Of a stretch of 64,000 nucleotides of DNA, positions 41,201 to 53,029 are shown one piece after another. Below the pieces are notes generated by a model, which was not told the origin of the DNA, searched no databases, and saw nothing but the letters and a program-made list of their open reading frames with translations. Source of the stretch: Octopus bimaculoides (taxonomy: Eukaryota). The first letter of the stretch is position 1, and each line of letters starts with the position of its first letter. Made by a program: the position numbers and the translations under genes. Where the stretch lies: NCBI RefSeq assembly GCF_001194135.2, contig NC_069000.1, forward strand, positions 14,294,456 through 14,358,455, read 5' to 3'.

Positions 41201-41868
41201 CCCGCACAAGCCAGTCCAGGGGCACTGGCAACGATCTCGCTCGAAAATCCTACAGGAGCCAGTCAGGCGGTACTGGCAACGGCCACGCTCAAAATGGTGC
41301 ATCTCATGTGCCACCCGCACAAGAACCAGTCCAGGGGCACTGGCAACGATCTTACTTGGCTTGCCGGGTCTTCTCACGCACAGCACATTTCATCTACAGT
41401 TATTTTATTTGGAACCCTTTTAATTGAGAAACTACAATTAATGTGTATCAACATTCTAATGTTCTCTATAAACAGAAAAGGAACTGGGAGAATTCTTAGA
41501 TAAGATTTTAAACCTATAATCTACTTAGTAGTGTATTATGATAAAACAAAGTATTGTTGCCCTGCCAGCAATTAAATATATGTACCAGTTGCCAGGAATG
41601 TGTTTAATATGCAAATTGCTCTATCCAATTATGTTACACTGCTAGAGCTAGTGGATATCTATACAATGTGTCTGAGGAGAGTTGATGGGTTGGATGAAGG
41701 GCTGATGAAAGGACAATAATTCCTAAAATATGCATATACAATCATTACCTTCAATCACATTGTTTACAAAGACGTATTTGTTAACAAATCATCATAACTT
41801 ACAGTGTTAGCTCTAAATTCTACAGAAAATCTACAGAGATGACATTAAAATTTATGTGTGTGTGTGTG

Positions 41869-41916
<48 letters not shown>

Positions 41917-43115
41917 NNNNNNNNNNNNNNNNNNNNNNNNNNNNNNNNNNNNNNNNNNNNNNNNNNNNNNNNNNNNNNNNNNNNNNNNNNNNNNNNNNNN
42001 NNNNNNNNNNNATACATATGTGGTACCTTTTCTGATTCCAAACTCTGAAAGTCTAAACTTCGGCGATATAAATCAGCTTTAGAATTTGCTAGAGTGACTT
42101 CTTGTTCAGCTAAACGCTGTTGTAAACCAGCCTGCAATGAAACAAAAACATTACTTTGAATAACTTTATTTGAATTACATACAAAAAAAAAAACTAAATA
42201 ACATGAAATTCAATTTTTTGACAATGTTACCATTGACTTTGAACCAAAAAAAAAGTTTCTCACTTTCAATAACATCTAAGACATTCTTCTTCTTAGCTCC
42301 ATTGGTGCCTTTGCACGGCACATCGGGCAGTCAGTGATCACCAATTATTTCTGTCTCTGACCAACCAGTATGCTTCTTCCCAGGTGATGTCCAGTCTGCA
42401 TAAGTCTTCTTTGAAGGAACTACACTATGTCTTCCTTGGTTGGCATCTTTTTCTCTTACCTTTCAGCAGCATTCAGCCCATGGCTGTTTTGGCAAGCCTC
42501 TCCTCTGGCAGTCTTACTATGTGTCCAGTCATTCTCATTCATTATTCAACTACATCCATACATCAAAATACACAATATACATGCAAATTTAAGCAAGTAT
42601 ATTAGATATAAGTTGTAAGTGATAAAAATTTTTTTTTAAACTATACCTTAGCACCATAAAGCTCTCGACATTCAATTTTTGTTCGAGATAACTGTTCTTT
42701 TAAGTCACGAGATATTTCTGTTGCTTGCTGAAGCCTACTACGAAGGACAACCTGCAAAAAAAAAATTTACAATTCAACAAATCGATTTGTTAGCAAACTA
42801 ACTTGGTTTTAAGCAGCTACAATATCTGGTAATTATATACAAGGAGATGCCGAAAAGTTTTTGGCTTTGGATAAAAGAAAATACAGGAGGATCAGTTAAT
42901 TATGATTTTATTCAACATCTTCCCCTGTCAGATTCACGCACTTATTGCAGTGGCCCTTCAGTTTTTCTAAGCCCTGTAAAAGAAATTGGAAGGTTGGGTC
43001 TCCAACCAGACCGTTCATGATATCCAGGGACTTTTAAGCAATCCCTTGTATATTAGCAGTGTGCAGGCAGCAAGCAAGAAGAATCATTAGCAGGCCAAGA
43101 AACTGAAAGAAGCCC

Positions 43116-43169
<54 letters not shown>

Positions 43170-46100
43170 TCCCCTTAACATCGCTTGACAACCGATGCTG
43201 GTGTGTTTACATCCCCGTAACTTAGCGGTTCGGTAAAGAGACCGATAAAATAAGTACTAGGCTTACAAAGAATAAGTTCTGGAGTCGATTTGTTCGACTA
43301 AAGGCGGTGCTCCAGCATGGCCACAGTCAAATGATTGAAACAAATAAAAGAATAAAAGAATATATATGTAGTGCTTCAGTGTATAGCACCTTGCACAGAA
43401 TATTGCCATACAGTACTCTATGTATAATGTTGAGCACCACATGTATGGCAATGAATGGGTTAGTACTTTATTGCTTTATGTATAGTATTCATCTTACATT
43501 TTTTCACTGGTTTCAGTCATTTGACTGGCTATGCTGGAGTATTGACTTTATTGGTTTTTAGGAGTTTTTATTCCGATTTACTTTAGTCTAAAGGGACATA
43601 ACTTGCAAGGAATAAATACCATGATATTTTTTTGTTTGATGCACGATGTTCATACATACATATATAAACAACAGGCCCCAGCACGGTTTCTGTTTATCAA
43701 ATTTCATTCAGAAGAGATAGGCCAAACCAAAATTATGGTAGAATCCACTCATCTAAGATTCCATACAGTGGAATTAAACCCAGGACTACATGGTTGCAAA
43801 GCAAAATTATTAACTACAGCCATACCATTATGCATTGCATAGTGCTATGCATATAGAATTTATACTTGGTGTAAAATGATTAACGAAATGTCTTTATTAA
43901 TTTGTAAATGTTGTTTAGAACTCAAAAAGTGTCTGAAACTCTGCTAGTTATTTCACAGTAATAGAGTTTAATAGATATCAGATTTTTTTTTTAAATGGAT
44001 GAGGTAAATATATACTTCATAAGCACACAAAATATAGACAGTTGACGAAAGAAACAGAATTCAAAATAATAATTATACAGTTAAAAAAAAAAAATAAATA
44101 AGGACAGAATTATTACAACTGTAATTAACAAATTAGTAGGATTTTTAAAAAAAGCAGTAATAAAAAGTAGTTTTCACCATTTGGTCAGAAATTGAATATC
44201 CTTCAAGATCATCCAGCTCTGAAGAGGGTACAAGACTTGTTATTTCTCCGTTCAAAAGCTAAAAAAGATTATAAAATACAAATAGTGAGGTTATGCTTTT
44301 GCATTAATTATAACACTGTGTAACATGAATTTCGTCCTTGAGTAGTAACTGTTATTTCTTATTTGCTTACCCCTAGAAAGTATGCAAAATGGCTAATATT
44401 TCCTTCAAACTTTGCTTTTATTATATTTATTCAAATCCTGAAGAATCCCTCTCAAATACATGGCTATAATGCTTCCCCACTACTAATTCTCATGATCAGA
44501 AATGCACATATTGTCAGCCATTAAGAGACATGCTCAAGTGGTTAAGGTCAAGCAAATGATAAGCAAATCTGCGCTATTGAGCAGAATATTTGCTATAACA
44601 CCTGCTTAATAATGACAAAGTTATTTTGTTAAATTCTTTGTGATTTTAAATATCAATTGAAACAAAAGTAGTGTATTGAAACTGAAATATGGTAACAAAA
44701 TGGTTAATGGCTAGAATGGCTCTTCTATGTTGTTTCAGTTTTAACACTCAATCTCAGATCAAGTCACTTGCTACACAAATAGAATTCTAAGATATTGAAA
44801 ACCTCAGCCAGGCATTAGAATCTCTGGGGACTGCTGTTACATGTTGCCTAAAGAAAAGAATAACTTTCTAACAATTTAACTTTATAAAATACTATCTCTT
44901 ACTTAAATACATTTTATGTAGTTTTATATAATGCAATAATAAGGATATAATTTGAACCTGTAAACCAAGTCTACAAAAAAGTCATAGGAGGAAGAAAAAA
45001 TGGATTTAAGAAATAAGATATAAATTTTTTAAATTTTTCCTAGAGTTAATGCAAATTGAATCATATACGTTTCAAGGCATGATGAAATGGAAGTTGTGAT
45101 GTTCAGCCCTTCTCAAGATCATTAGGGTAACTGAAACAGGTATGACTTGTCACAGAACCTAGAAGATAGACTCATTAAGATCATTCATCTACACTCTGAT
45201 ATACACCTATGTGTGAATAATTTATTAACCCTTTAGCATTTAAACTGGCCACATCCAACCCAAATATTCCTTTTGTTTAATGTTCAAACCAGCCAGATCT
45301 AACCTCTCGCAACTATTCTACAATGTCATTCTAAAGATAAACACATCATTGAAATCTCAAAGCTAACAGATAATGCACAATTAATGCGAAACAACATGAA
45401 TAAATATACGTTATATTTGACAGAGCAATCCAAATGTTAAAGGGTTAAAGTAAACATGTTTCAAATACAAAAAAATAACTACCAAATTTTGCAATTTCAG
45501 AAGATCAGATTTTGTTTCTTTCATTGTATCTGCCAGGTCATCATATTCCTTTAAGAGATCATTATACTGTTGTTGATCAAGTATCACGGTATTGTCTTGA
45601 CCATACTCCACTGAGTCTTCATTGGCTAAAAAAAACACAAAAAAAAACAAATAATAATAATAAATAATATAGTCATTGGTTCATAAAAACTAAATGCATT
45701 TCCTTCACCTTTTTACACACACACAAACACACACTGATGGAACTTCAAAAACCAAATATATATAGGGTGAAGTATATTTGCCACTTAAATGTGGCTGACC
45801 CCTAAGGGTGGATGTTACTGTTGCTTTTAGCCCCAGGAGAACATCTCCTCCAGCTGGCTATCGACATACATCTGCGTCCTGTCTGTATTTGCAAAGGGAA
45901 GTCATCCTTCCCATCTTGATCTGTGATACGTACGGACTCGAGTTTCTGGGTATTTACTTGTCCTCAGCGTACGACAATCGCCGACCTTCGATGCGAAAGA
46001 TATCCCGATGCAAATACTTATATCTTTTTCCAGTGAAATTATTCACTGATCTCGAAAAAGTGGCCACAGTATACTCTCAAAGAACTTTCATAAAGTTAAT

Positions 46101-49100
46101 TAACCCTTTAGCATTTAAACGAACCCAAATACTCTACCTGTTTTATGTTCAAATCAGTCATATCGGACTAAAATATTCTACTAATTTTATGTTAAAACAG
46201 ATCAGATCTGGCCTTTCTCACCTACCCTACAATGTCATTCTAAAAGTAAACAATCACTACATTGAAATCTGAAAGCTCCAAGATAATGCATGATTAATTC
46301 AAAATAATGTGAATAAATAAGCATTGAATTTGACAGAGTCACCTGAATGCTAAAGGGTTAAAAGGTGTTATTACCTGGTATGAATCCAGTTGATCGACTC
46401 CGTGGCATCCCATCTATATCGTAATCCTGTTCTCCTGTGGCAGACAGATGTTTGGGCCCAGGGCAGGATTTTATCATCATCATTCTGGCTTGCATTGCAG
46501 CTACATCAGCTGGTATGTGGGTTGTATGTCTTGATAAAGAAATTAAAAAAAAAAGGGTGATAATTTAAAATTATAATTTTTCAGTTCAATTAATTTTATG
46601 TTCAGAAACCAAAGATCTCTTTTTCGTTATTCACCTCTATGAAAAAATATTTCATCTCTAAAAATAATATTGGCACTCCGTCGCTTACGACGTCGAGGGT
46701 TCCAGTTGATCCAATCAACGGAACAGCCTGCTCGTGAAATTAATGTGCAAGTGGCTGAGCACTCCACAGACACGTGTACCCTTAACGTAGTTCTCAGGGA
46801 TATTCAGCGTGACACAATGTGACAAGGCTGACCCTTTGAATTACAGGCACAACAGAAACAGGAAGTAAGAGTGAGAGAAAGTTATGGTGAAAGAGTACAG
46901 CAGTGTTCGCCACCATCCCCTGCCGGAGCCTCATGGAGCTTTTAGGTGTTTTCGCTCAATAAACACTCACAACGCCCGGTCTGGGAATCGAAACCGCGAT
47001 CCTATGACCGCAAGTCCGCTGCCCTAACCACTGGGCCATTGTGCCTCCAAAAATAATGTTAATAGTAAAAAAAAAAAAAAAATACAATCTTATTAACACC
47101 AATTCATCTCAGTCATTTAGACAATTTAACATGAGAATTTCAACCTAAAATAAACTAAAAAAAGACTGAATCTATATAGAATGACAGATTTTACAACTAA
47201 AAATTCTTACCCATAATCCTTATAGTTGCTTCCATGGTATTGTTTGCTAGCTTTTGACACAAATCTGCGTGCAGTTGCTAAAGTGACAGCAGCACTCTAT
47301 AATAAATGTAAGCAAAAGTACAATAAATTATTTAAACATTTAACGTGAAGAAACCATTTCAGAAGGAAAAATTATATATATAGGCACAGGTGTGGCTGCA
47401 TGATAAGAAGTTTGCTTCTCAACCACATGGTTCTGGGTTCAACATCATCATTTAATATCCACTTTTCCATGCTTGCAGGGGTCAGATGGAATTTGCTGAG
47501 GCAAATTATCTATGGCTGGATGCCCTTTGTTTCCAGTCTTCCATGAAAAACATATTAGGTCATTAGCAATATTACCTTGCCTAGAAACAGGTGAGGGTTG
47601 GTGATACAAACAACATCACTTCTATGATGGCAATCCTAGTTTACAACCACCATGTGATGTTAAGACAAGTATACCCACAAACACACACACACACACACAT
47701 ACAAATATACATGACAGGCTTCTTTCAGTTTCTGTCTACCAAATCCTCTCACAAGGCTTTGGTCATTCCAGGGCTATTGTAGAAGAGACACTTGCCCAAG
47801 GTACCACACAGTGGAACTGAATCCAAAGCCACATGGTTGGGAAGCAAGCTCCTCAACCACACAGACACACCTGAAAATTATTGCTGTTAATCACCATTCT
47901 GCTGTACACAGGTGCAAACATCAATAAAAATGACCGTTTTGTCTTATATGGTACATTTTTATGGAAAAACAGAAAAATATATTATGTAAAGGAAAGAAAA
48001 ACTCACCTGTGCTATACTTGCTAAAGATCTCCCTCGGTTTGGAGAGATAACACCAGCTACAGATTGGTGCTTTACTGAATTAGGCTTAAAATGGGCTGCT
48101 AATGCCAGAATAAGGCGCATAATACACTTCAGGTTACCATCGACAATATCTTTAAAGAAAGAAAATAAATATGAAGAAAACAACATTGCAAAATAATATG
48201 AAATAAAAAGGGAATATAACATACAATGCAGAGAGCTCATACAGACAATGTTGACTCATCTAATGAACATTATGATGAAAAGGGTGAACAGCAATTGTTA
48301 GTTAATGGTGATATTTTAAATGATAATCTTTCTACTATAAACACAAGGCCTGAAATTTGTGGGTAGGGAAAGTAATTGATTACACTGACCGCAGTGCTTG
48401 GATGGTACTTATTTCATTGACACTGAAAGCATGAAAGACAAAGTCAACCTTGTTGGAATTTGAACTCAGAATGTAAAGACAGAGAAAATGCATAGCAGTA
48501 TTTTGTCCAGTGTGCTAACAATTCTACCAACACACCACCTAAATAATAATATTAATAATTATAATAATAATAATAAGTCTAGCTACTACAGGCACAAGGC
48601 CTGAAATTTTGTGGGAGGGAGCTAGTTGATTACATTGACTCCAGTGCTCAACTGGTACTTATTTTATCAACCCCAAAAGAATGAAAGGCACAATCGACCT
48701 TGGGAGAGTTAAAAAGTAGTGCAAATAAAAATTGCATTACCTTCTGTCTCATCCTCATCCTTACTTCAAAACTAACAAAGTAAAAAGATAAGTTGGTCTA
48801 TCTTACAGCAACATGACAAAGATGGCAAATATGTCTCTTAAAACTTAAAGTAATTTTTGTTGAATTATATCAATAAAATTGATTACTTTATGACATGAGT
48901 TATAAAAAAAGGAAATGTTGCTGTCATAATTACCACTTGCTTTCATTGGATGCATCCGGATGTGGTTAGCAGACATGAATTGTAAAACTCTCTCTACGTT
49001 TGCCTTCATCTCAGCATGGGTAGAGGGAACCATATGAACATTCTGTAGTTTTTCGCCACCTAAAATTTTGCATTAAAATATAAATTCAAATTAGAATTAC

Positions 49101-51208
49101 TGCTCAGTTTCTCAAAAAAGAATAAAACAAAAAACAAAAAACATTGAATATTTGAAATTTGAAATATTTGACAACAAATAGGTATCTAAATCTGAAAAAT
49201 TAAAGAGATTGACATGCTGAAAAATCTGAAAATCATTAGGTCAAAATTGAGACTATAATTATAATCATTTGATCCTCAAAGATTAAAAATAGAGATACCA
49301 TGAATACCAGGCTGATGTGTGTGTCTGTGTGTGTATGTGTGAGCATGTGCATATGTGTGCACGTGTATATTAACGCTTATTCTTATGTCAAGTTATATCT
49401 AAAAACAATTTAACATTAAACTGGTGGATTACTTAACCTTTTTAGTAGCACACATCATCATCATCATCAGCATCATCATCATCATCAGCATCATCAGCAT
49501 CATCTTGATTTAATGTACATAGATTGGACTGTTTCACAGGGGCTGACTAGGCAGAAGGCTGCCCCAGGCTTCACACTTTTGCAAGAGGAGGGACAGTGAC
49601 ATTGAATTTTTGGCTTGCTGACCTTCATCAGACTATCTGACAAAGGTGAACAAGCTAAGACTCAAAGTCACTGTCGCCCATCTCCTTGTAAAAGCTTAAC
49701 ACACACACATGGATGGACAGACGGACATGGACAGACGGACATGGACAGACACAGACAGACAGATAGATATCTTATACACGCATATATGTCACTTCAAATT
49801 ATCCCAACTAAATGGGCTGATTATGCGACACAGGTATCGGCGATGGCTGTGATCTCACTTTACTTGCCGGGTCTTCTCAATCACAGGATATCTCCAAAGG
49901 TTTTGGTCTCTTGTCATTGCCTCTGTGAGGCCCAACATTCGAAAGTCGTGCTTCACTACTTCATCCCGTGTCTTATTTCTCTTTATGTGTATGAGGAGAG
50001 GGCAAAGTGTTGAAGTCAATTATATTCAATTAATAAATTGTAATATCTCTTGCTCCCTCTCTGTCTATCTGTGAGTCTATATTCTTGTACATGCACACAT
50101 GTGTGTGTGTCTGTGTATGTATGTGCATGTGTCTTTGCTTCCACCATCAAAATGTACTATTGCCAAAACAGGTTCAATATCCAGTTAGCCATGCCAAATC
50201 ACCAGTGTCCAAAACAACTGCTCTTAATCATTTCATTCCATGCTAACCTATCCAACTTGGTTCAGTAAGGAAATACTGATAGTGACAGTTATGCTACAGT
50301 CAACAGTAACAAAGCCTTGAACTATAATAACGATGATAGTCGCAGAATGAGCAAATAACAGAAGCAATCTAATTAGAAAATAATTCATTCTTAACTGAAA
50401 TTCTTAATTGAAAATAAATAATAACAAATTTTTTATAATTTTACAAGAATCCTAAAAAAAATTCAAAATAACAGATAAGAGATATTCACTAATACTCCTA
50501 ATATAAGCTCAATCAACTCATCTACTTAATTTTTATGATTTGAGTTTTTCACAGCCTTTGAATATCATCCTTAGAAAGGAAACTCTCTCTTTTACTCTTT
50601 TACTTGTTTCAGTCATTTTGATTGTGGCCATGCTGGAACACCGCCTTTAGCCGAGCAAATCGACCCCAGGACTTATTCTTTGGAAGCCTAGTACTTATTC
50701 TATCGGTCTCTTTTGCCGAACCATTAAGTTACAGGGACGTAAACACACCAGCATTGGTTGTCAAGCGATGTTGGGGGGGGGGGACAAACACAGACACACA
50801 AACATATACACACACATACACACATATATATATACATATATACGACGGGCTTCTTTCAGTTTCCGTCTACCAAATCCACTCACAAGGCTTTGGTCGGCCC
50901 GAGGCTATAGTAGAAGACACTTGCCCAAGGTGCCACACAGTGGTAATGAACCCGAAATCATGTGGTTGGTAAGCAAGCTACTTACCACACAGCCACTCCT
51001 GCATATATAGTTTTGAGATACATAAATAATAACTATAAGATAATACAGTTTTACAAAATATATTCTGATCTCACTTACCAACCACTTCAATAAGATTGAT
51101 GAGAGCAACACCATCTTTAACATCGTTCCTGAGATCTTCAATCTGGCGAGCTGATGGCCGTTTACGGAGCTGAGCATTAACCCAAGCTTCATATGCATGA
51201 AGCTGTTG
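30411..51208 (-). CDS. DIXDC1: DIXDC1/Dixin (Ccd1) orthologue, gene span: CH + coiled coil + DIX, 18 exons, start exon not located
   Basis: Hand-spliced GT-AG exons are phase-consistent, total 1830 nt and end in TAG. Peptides QQLHAYEAWVNAQLRKRP, DIVDGNLKCIMRLILALAAHFKP, FKALDPEFGTVKEE and PGWEGKIVAWV match the DIXDC1 family as recalled. Confidence 0.93.
30875..30983 (-). CDS. DIXDC1: DIXDC1 DIX domain exon 2 (LGEITLKD...FGTVKEE)
   Basis: 109 nt, phase 2 to 0. Confidence 0.95.
31146..31374. repeat. Long imperfect inverted repeat (foldback) in a DIXDC1 intron
   Basis: Arms of about 95 nt with few mismatches, loop about 37 nt. Confidence 0.85.
31712..31793 (-). CDS. DIXDC1: DIXDC1 DIX domain exon 1 (ASIKQLETKVLYYLDNSETSHMITVPKR)
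   Basis: 82 nt, phase 1 to 2, TKVLY DIX start motif. Confidence 0.93.
32758..32877. mobile_element. 120-bp hAT-type MITE
   Basis: TIR cagtcatgggcaacct / aggttgcccatgtcta, 8-bp TSD ctcaaaca / ctctaaca. Confidence 0.7.
34995..35042 (-). CDS. DIXDC1: DIXDC1 possible cassette exon (DAQGNYMTSTITATNS)
   Basis: 48 nt, symmetric phase 1 to 1, good acceptor, weak donor gttcaa. Confidence 0.55.
36474..36525 (-). CDS. DIXDC1: DIXDC1 exon (SPTLKLSRPVLPSHFKE)
   Basis: 52 nt, ttccag acceptor, gtaatt donor; supplies the required phase 0 to 1 shift. Confidence 0.78.
37176..37292 (+). mobile_element. 5'-truncated family B SINE 3' end
   Basis: ctacgttaagggtacacgtgtctg...gtcgtaagcgacggag matches the family B tail. 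Confidence 0.8.
37595..37759 (-). CDS. DIXDC1: DIXDC1 exon (DSVVDVQMIQ...DILPQ)
   Basis: 165 nt, phase 0 to 0; resembles the DLQLVRDALRSLR..SLEQ segment of DIXDC1. Confidence 0.88.
38805..38825 (-). CDS. DIXDC1: DIXDC1 21-nt microexon (SMKKDKE)
   Basis: Long T-tract + ccctag acceptor, consensus gag|gtgagt donor, frame-preserving. Confidence 0.65.
39516..39905 (-). mobile_element. Full-length tRNA-derived SINE, family B, nested in an older SINE tail
   Basis: Box A/B-like head ggcgcaatggcccagtggttaggg...ggtttcgattccc, (aac)n tail, TSD aatgactgat at 39506-39515 and 39906-39915. Confidence 0.9.
39989..40135 (-). CDS. DIXDC1: DIXDC1 exon (RDVSQKDK...MRRTE)
   Basis: 147 nt, phase 0 to 0, after a 108-nt intron. 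Confidence 0.8.
40244..40297 (-). CDS. DIXDC1: DIXDC1 exon (NMLIKKLNEKDKQLTELK)
   Basis: 54 nt, caacag acceptor, gtgaga donor. Confidence 0.85.
40971..41386 (-). mobile_element. Young RTE 3'UTR copy A
   Basis: CpG-rich, (CAT)n at the left end, internal repeats; near-identical to 51883-52263 in the opposite orientation. Confidence 0.85.
42027..42131 (-). CDS. DIXDC1: DIXDC1 exon, coiled coil (AGLQQRLAEQE...ESEK)
   Basis: 105 nt, phase 0 to 0, donor gtacca. Confidence 0.9.
42647..42751 (-). CDS. DIXDC1: DIXDC1 exon, coiled coil (VVLRSRLQQ...LYGAK)
   Basis: 105 nt, phase 0 to 0. Confidence 0.9.
44178..44258 (-). CDS. DIXDC1: DIXDC1 exon (LLNGEITS...SDQM)
   Basis: 81 nt, phase 0 to 0, starts with the family-typical LLNG. 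Confidence 0.85.
45225..45448. mobile_element. piggyBac-like MITE
   Basis: TTAA|CCCTTTAGCATT ... AATGTTAAAGGG|TTAA. Confidence 0.8.
45483..45625 (-). CDS. DIXDC1: DIXDC1 exon, coiled coil (ANEDSVEY...KLQNL)
   Basis: 143 nt, phase 1 to 0. Confidence 0.88.
46100..46361. mobile_element. piggyBac-like MITE (same family)
   Basis: TTAA|CCCTTTAGCATT ... AATGCTAAAGGG|TTAA; ends about 13 nt from the donor of exon 46375-46529. Confidence 0.85.
46375..46529 (-). CDS. DIXDC1: DIXDC1 linker exon (HTTHIPADV...TGFIP)
   Basis: 155 nt, long T-tract acceptor; the reading frame demanded by the upstream phase is open, and the phases (2 to 1) fit both neighbours. Confidence 0.8.
46669..47048 (-). mobile_element. 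Full-length family B SINE
   Basis: High identity to 39516-39905; TSD aaaaataat at 46660-46668 and 47049-47057. Confidence 0.9.
47211..47296 (-). CDS. DIXDC1: DIXDC1 exon (SAAVTLATARR...KDYG)
   Basis: 86 nt, phase 0 to 2, donor gtaaga. Confidence 0.85.
48007..48149 (-). CDS. DIXDC1: DIXDC1 exon, CH domain part 3 (DIVDGNLK...SIAQ)
   Basis: 143 nt, phase 1 to 0, donor gtgagt. Confidence 0.93.
48934..49059 (-). CDS. DIXDC1: DIXDC1 exon, CH domain part 2 (GGEKLQNV...MKAS)
   Basis: 126 nt, phase 1 to 1, donor gtaatt. Confidence 0.92.
49576..49694. other. 119-bp palindromic element with hammerhead-like arms
   Basis: Arms of about 58 nt are inverted; the - strand reads GATAGT-CTGATGA-AGGTCAGCAAGCC-AAAAA-TTCAAT-GTC-ACTGTC. 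Confidence 0.6.
50591..51003 (-). mobile_element. Near full-length family A SINE with extended 3' module
   Basis: Reverse complement of the 598-760 head, a microsatellite, then the tail also seen at 43150-43350 and 39290-39510. Confidence 0.8.
51079..51208 (-). CDS. DIXDC1: DIXDC1 exon, CH domain part 1 (QQLHAY...LIEVV)
   Basis: 130 nt, ttttag acceptor, gtaagt donor, phase 0 to 1. Confidence 0.93.
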
Positions 51209-51327
51209 CTAAAAAACAGAAGAAACAAAAACCTTCATTTAGAAAAATAAAACAGATGAACAATGAAACGTGTACTAAATAATAAACATAAATTACTTTA
51301 GATTTCAAATAACAGGAAATGCTTTAC

Positions 51328-51358
51328 CAGTGGAAGTGATGGAATTCTATGGTTTGAC
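51328..51358 (-). CDS. DIXDC1: Possible small upstream DIXDC1 exon (31 nt, SNHRIPSLPL)
   Basis: ctaat branch point, pyrimidine tract, ttag acceptor, ctg|gtaaag donor; in frame with the next exon; no recognisable homology. Confidence 0.4.
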
Positions 51359-51882
51359 CTAATTGAAGAAACAACAATTTAAACGAGTGAAACATATTAG
51401 TAGACACATTTATCAAGAACGTGAAGGTTTGGAGACACGTCTGAGTGATTAAATGAAAGTAGTAAATTACTGAAATATTTGTGTTGATATTTGAGCTAAT
51501 CAAATGCAGGAAGAGACAATAACCAATGTAGAGGAACTAGTGCCATACAATCAAAGAAGGAGATATGCTGAAATCAAGAAAGAAGATACACTAATACACT
51601 GGTGAAATAAATAAGGAAGAATGATAAGAAAGAACAGAGAGAAAGAGTGTAATGATGTTTAGAAGAGGGGCTAAACTGATAGCATGAAGCGTGAATTTGT
51701 AGCAGGAAGTCAGATCCTGTATGTTCCTGATGATAATGATTTGGCATGACTGACTGGACAGACAACCTTGTTTTGGTGTTTTAGAGACAGTAGTTTTTGG
51801 CACTTGAGGCAAACACACACACACACATGCATGCATGTGCAGAAATATACACCTACAGTTAATAACCCACTAGATATAGTGG

Positions 51883-52263
51883 GTTGTGCCCCTGGACTGG
51901 TTCTTGTGCGGGTGGCACATGAGATGCACCATTTTGAGCGTGGCCATTGCCAGTACCGCCTGACTGGCTCCCGTAGGATTTTCGAGCGAGATCGTTGCCA
52001 GTGCCCCTGGACTGGCTCTTGTGCGGGTGGCACATAAAAGACACCATTTCGAGCGTGGCCGTTTTCGTGCGGGTGACACGTAAAAGCACCCACTACACTC
52101 TCTGAGTGGTTGGCGTTAGGAAGGGCATCCAGCTGTAGAAACTCTGCCAAATTAGACTGGAGCCTGGTGTTGCCATCCGGTTTCACCAGTCCTCAGTCAA
52201 ATCGTCCAACCCATGCTAGCATGGAAAGCGGACGTTAAACGATGATGATGATGATGATGATGA
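51883..52263 (+). mobile_element. Young RTE 3'UTR copy B
   Basis: Ends ...gacgttaaac(gat)n; inverted near-identical match to copy A. Confidence 0.85.
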
Positions 52264-53029
52264 TATACCCAAACGAAATATTAAACATATGAGTGAGTGA
52301 TTTAATGTAAGAAGAGTATTGGGAGTGTAGCGACAGGTAGGGTGAAGGAAGAATCACATTGTAACCAATGACAGCAACAATGAGAACATTGACAATGATT
52401 CATTTTATGAACTATGCAAAGGAGAACTCAATGAGTGTTAAAAAAGTGTGGTGATGTTAGTATTTATCTTGATTGTTTAAAAAGGCATTTATATTTCAAT
52501 AAGCACTGTTGAAATAATTAAAAAAAAAAAACAACAATAAATAAGTTAAAGTGCTAAAACATAGGCTTGAGAAGAAAACAAAGTAGAGAATGAAGTTACC
52601 TTGTTCATAATATAAAAGTTTTGAAGATGTAAGTAATGACAATAATGTAATAAATAACTGTAAGATATGTCGTGTAAAGACATGTTCTGGTAAGAAAACA
52701 GGAACAAATAGCATTTTCTAAATAGTCTTTGTTTAGAACAAAAAATGTTTACAACCATGTTAGATTCTGTGAAGCTCTATAACTCCTGGATTAATTTTAA
52801 AGGAAGAAAAAATCTCTCATATCTTTGTATCTTCTAGAATACAGTAAGTGAAATCTTTGTGGATAGGAGTAATATGAAAGTAAGCAAATTTAGGCTAATT
52901 TCTTAGGTCTTTTCCATATAAAATAAAAGTTTAAAAATTAAGGGATCAACAGATCATGACTCGAACAAGAAAGAACCTAGAAATTGTGTTATTTCAGCCA
53001 ATCAGAATTTTGTAACCTTAGTTGAAACT

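Noticed and set aside
41042-41503. ORF MKPDGNTRLQSDLAEFLQ... also present at 51710-52186
   Set aside because: It lies in the RTE 3'UTR repeat and the two copies diverge outside the repeat, so the recurrence reflects repeat identity, not a gene.
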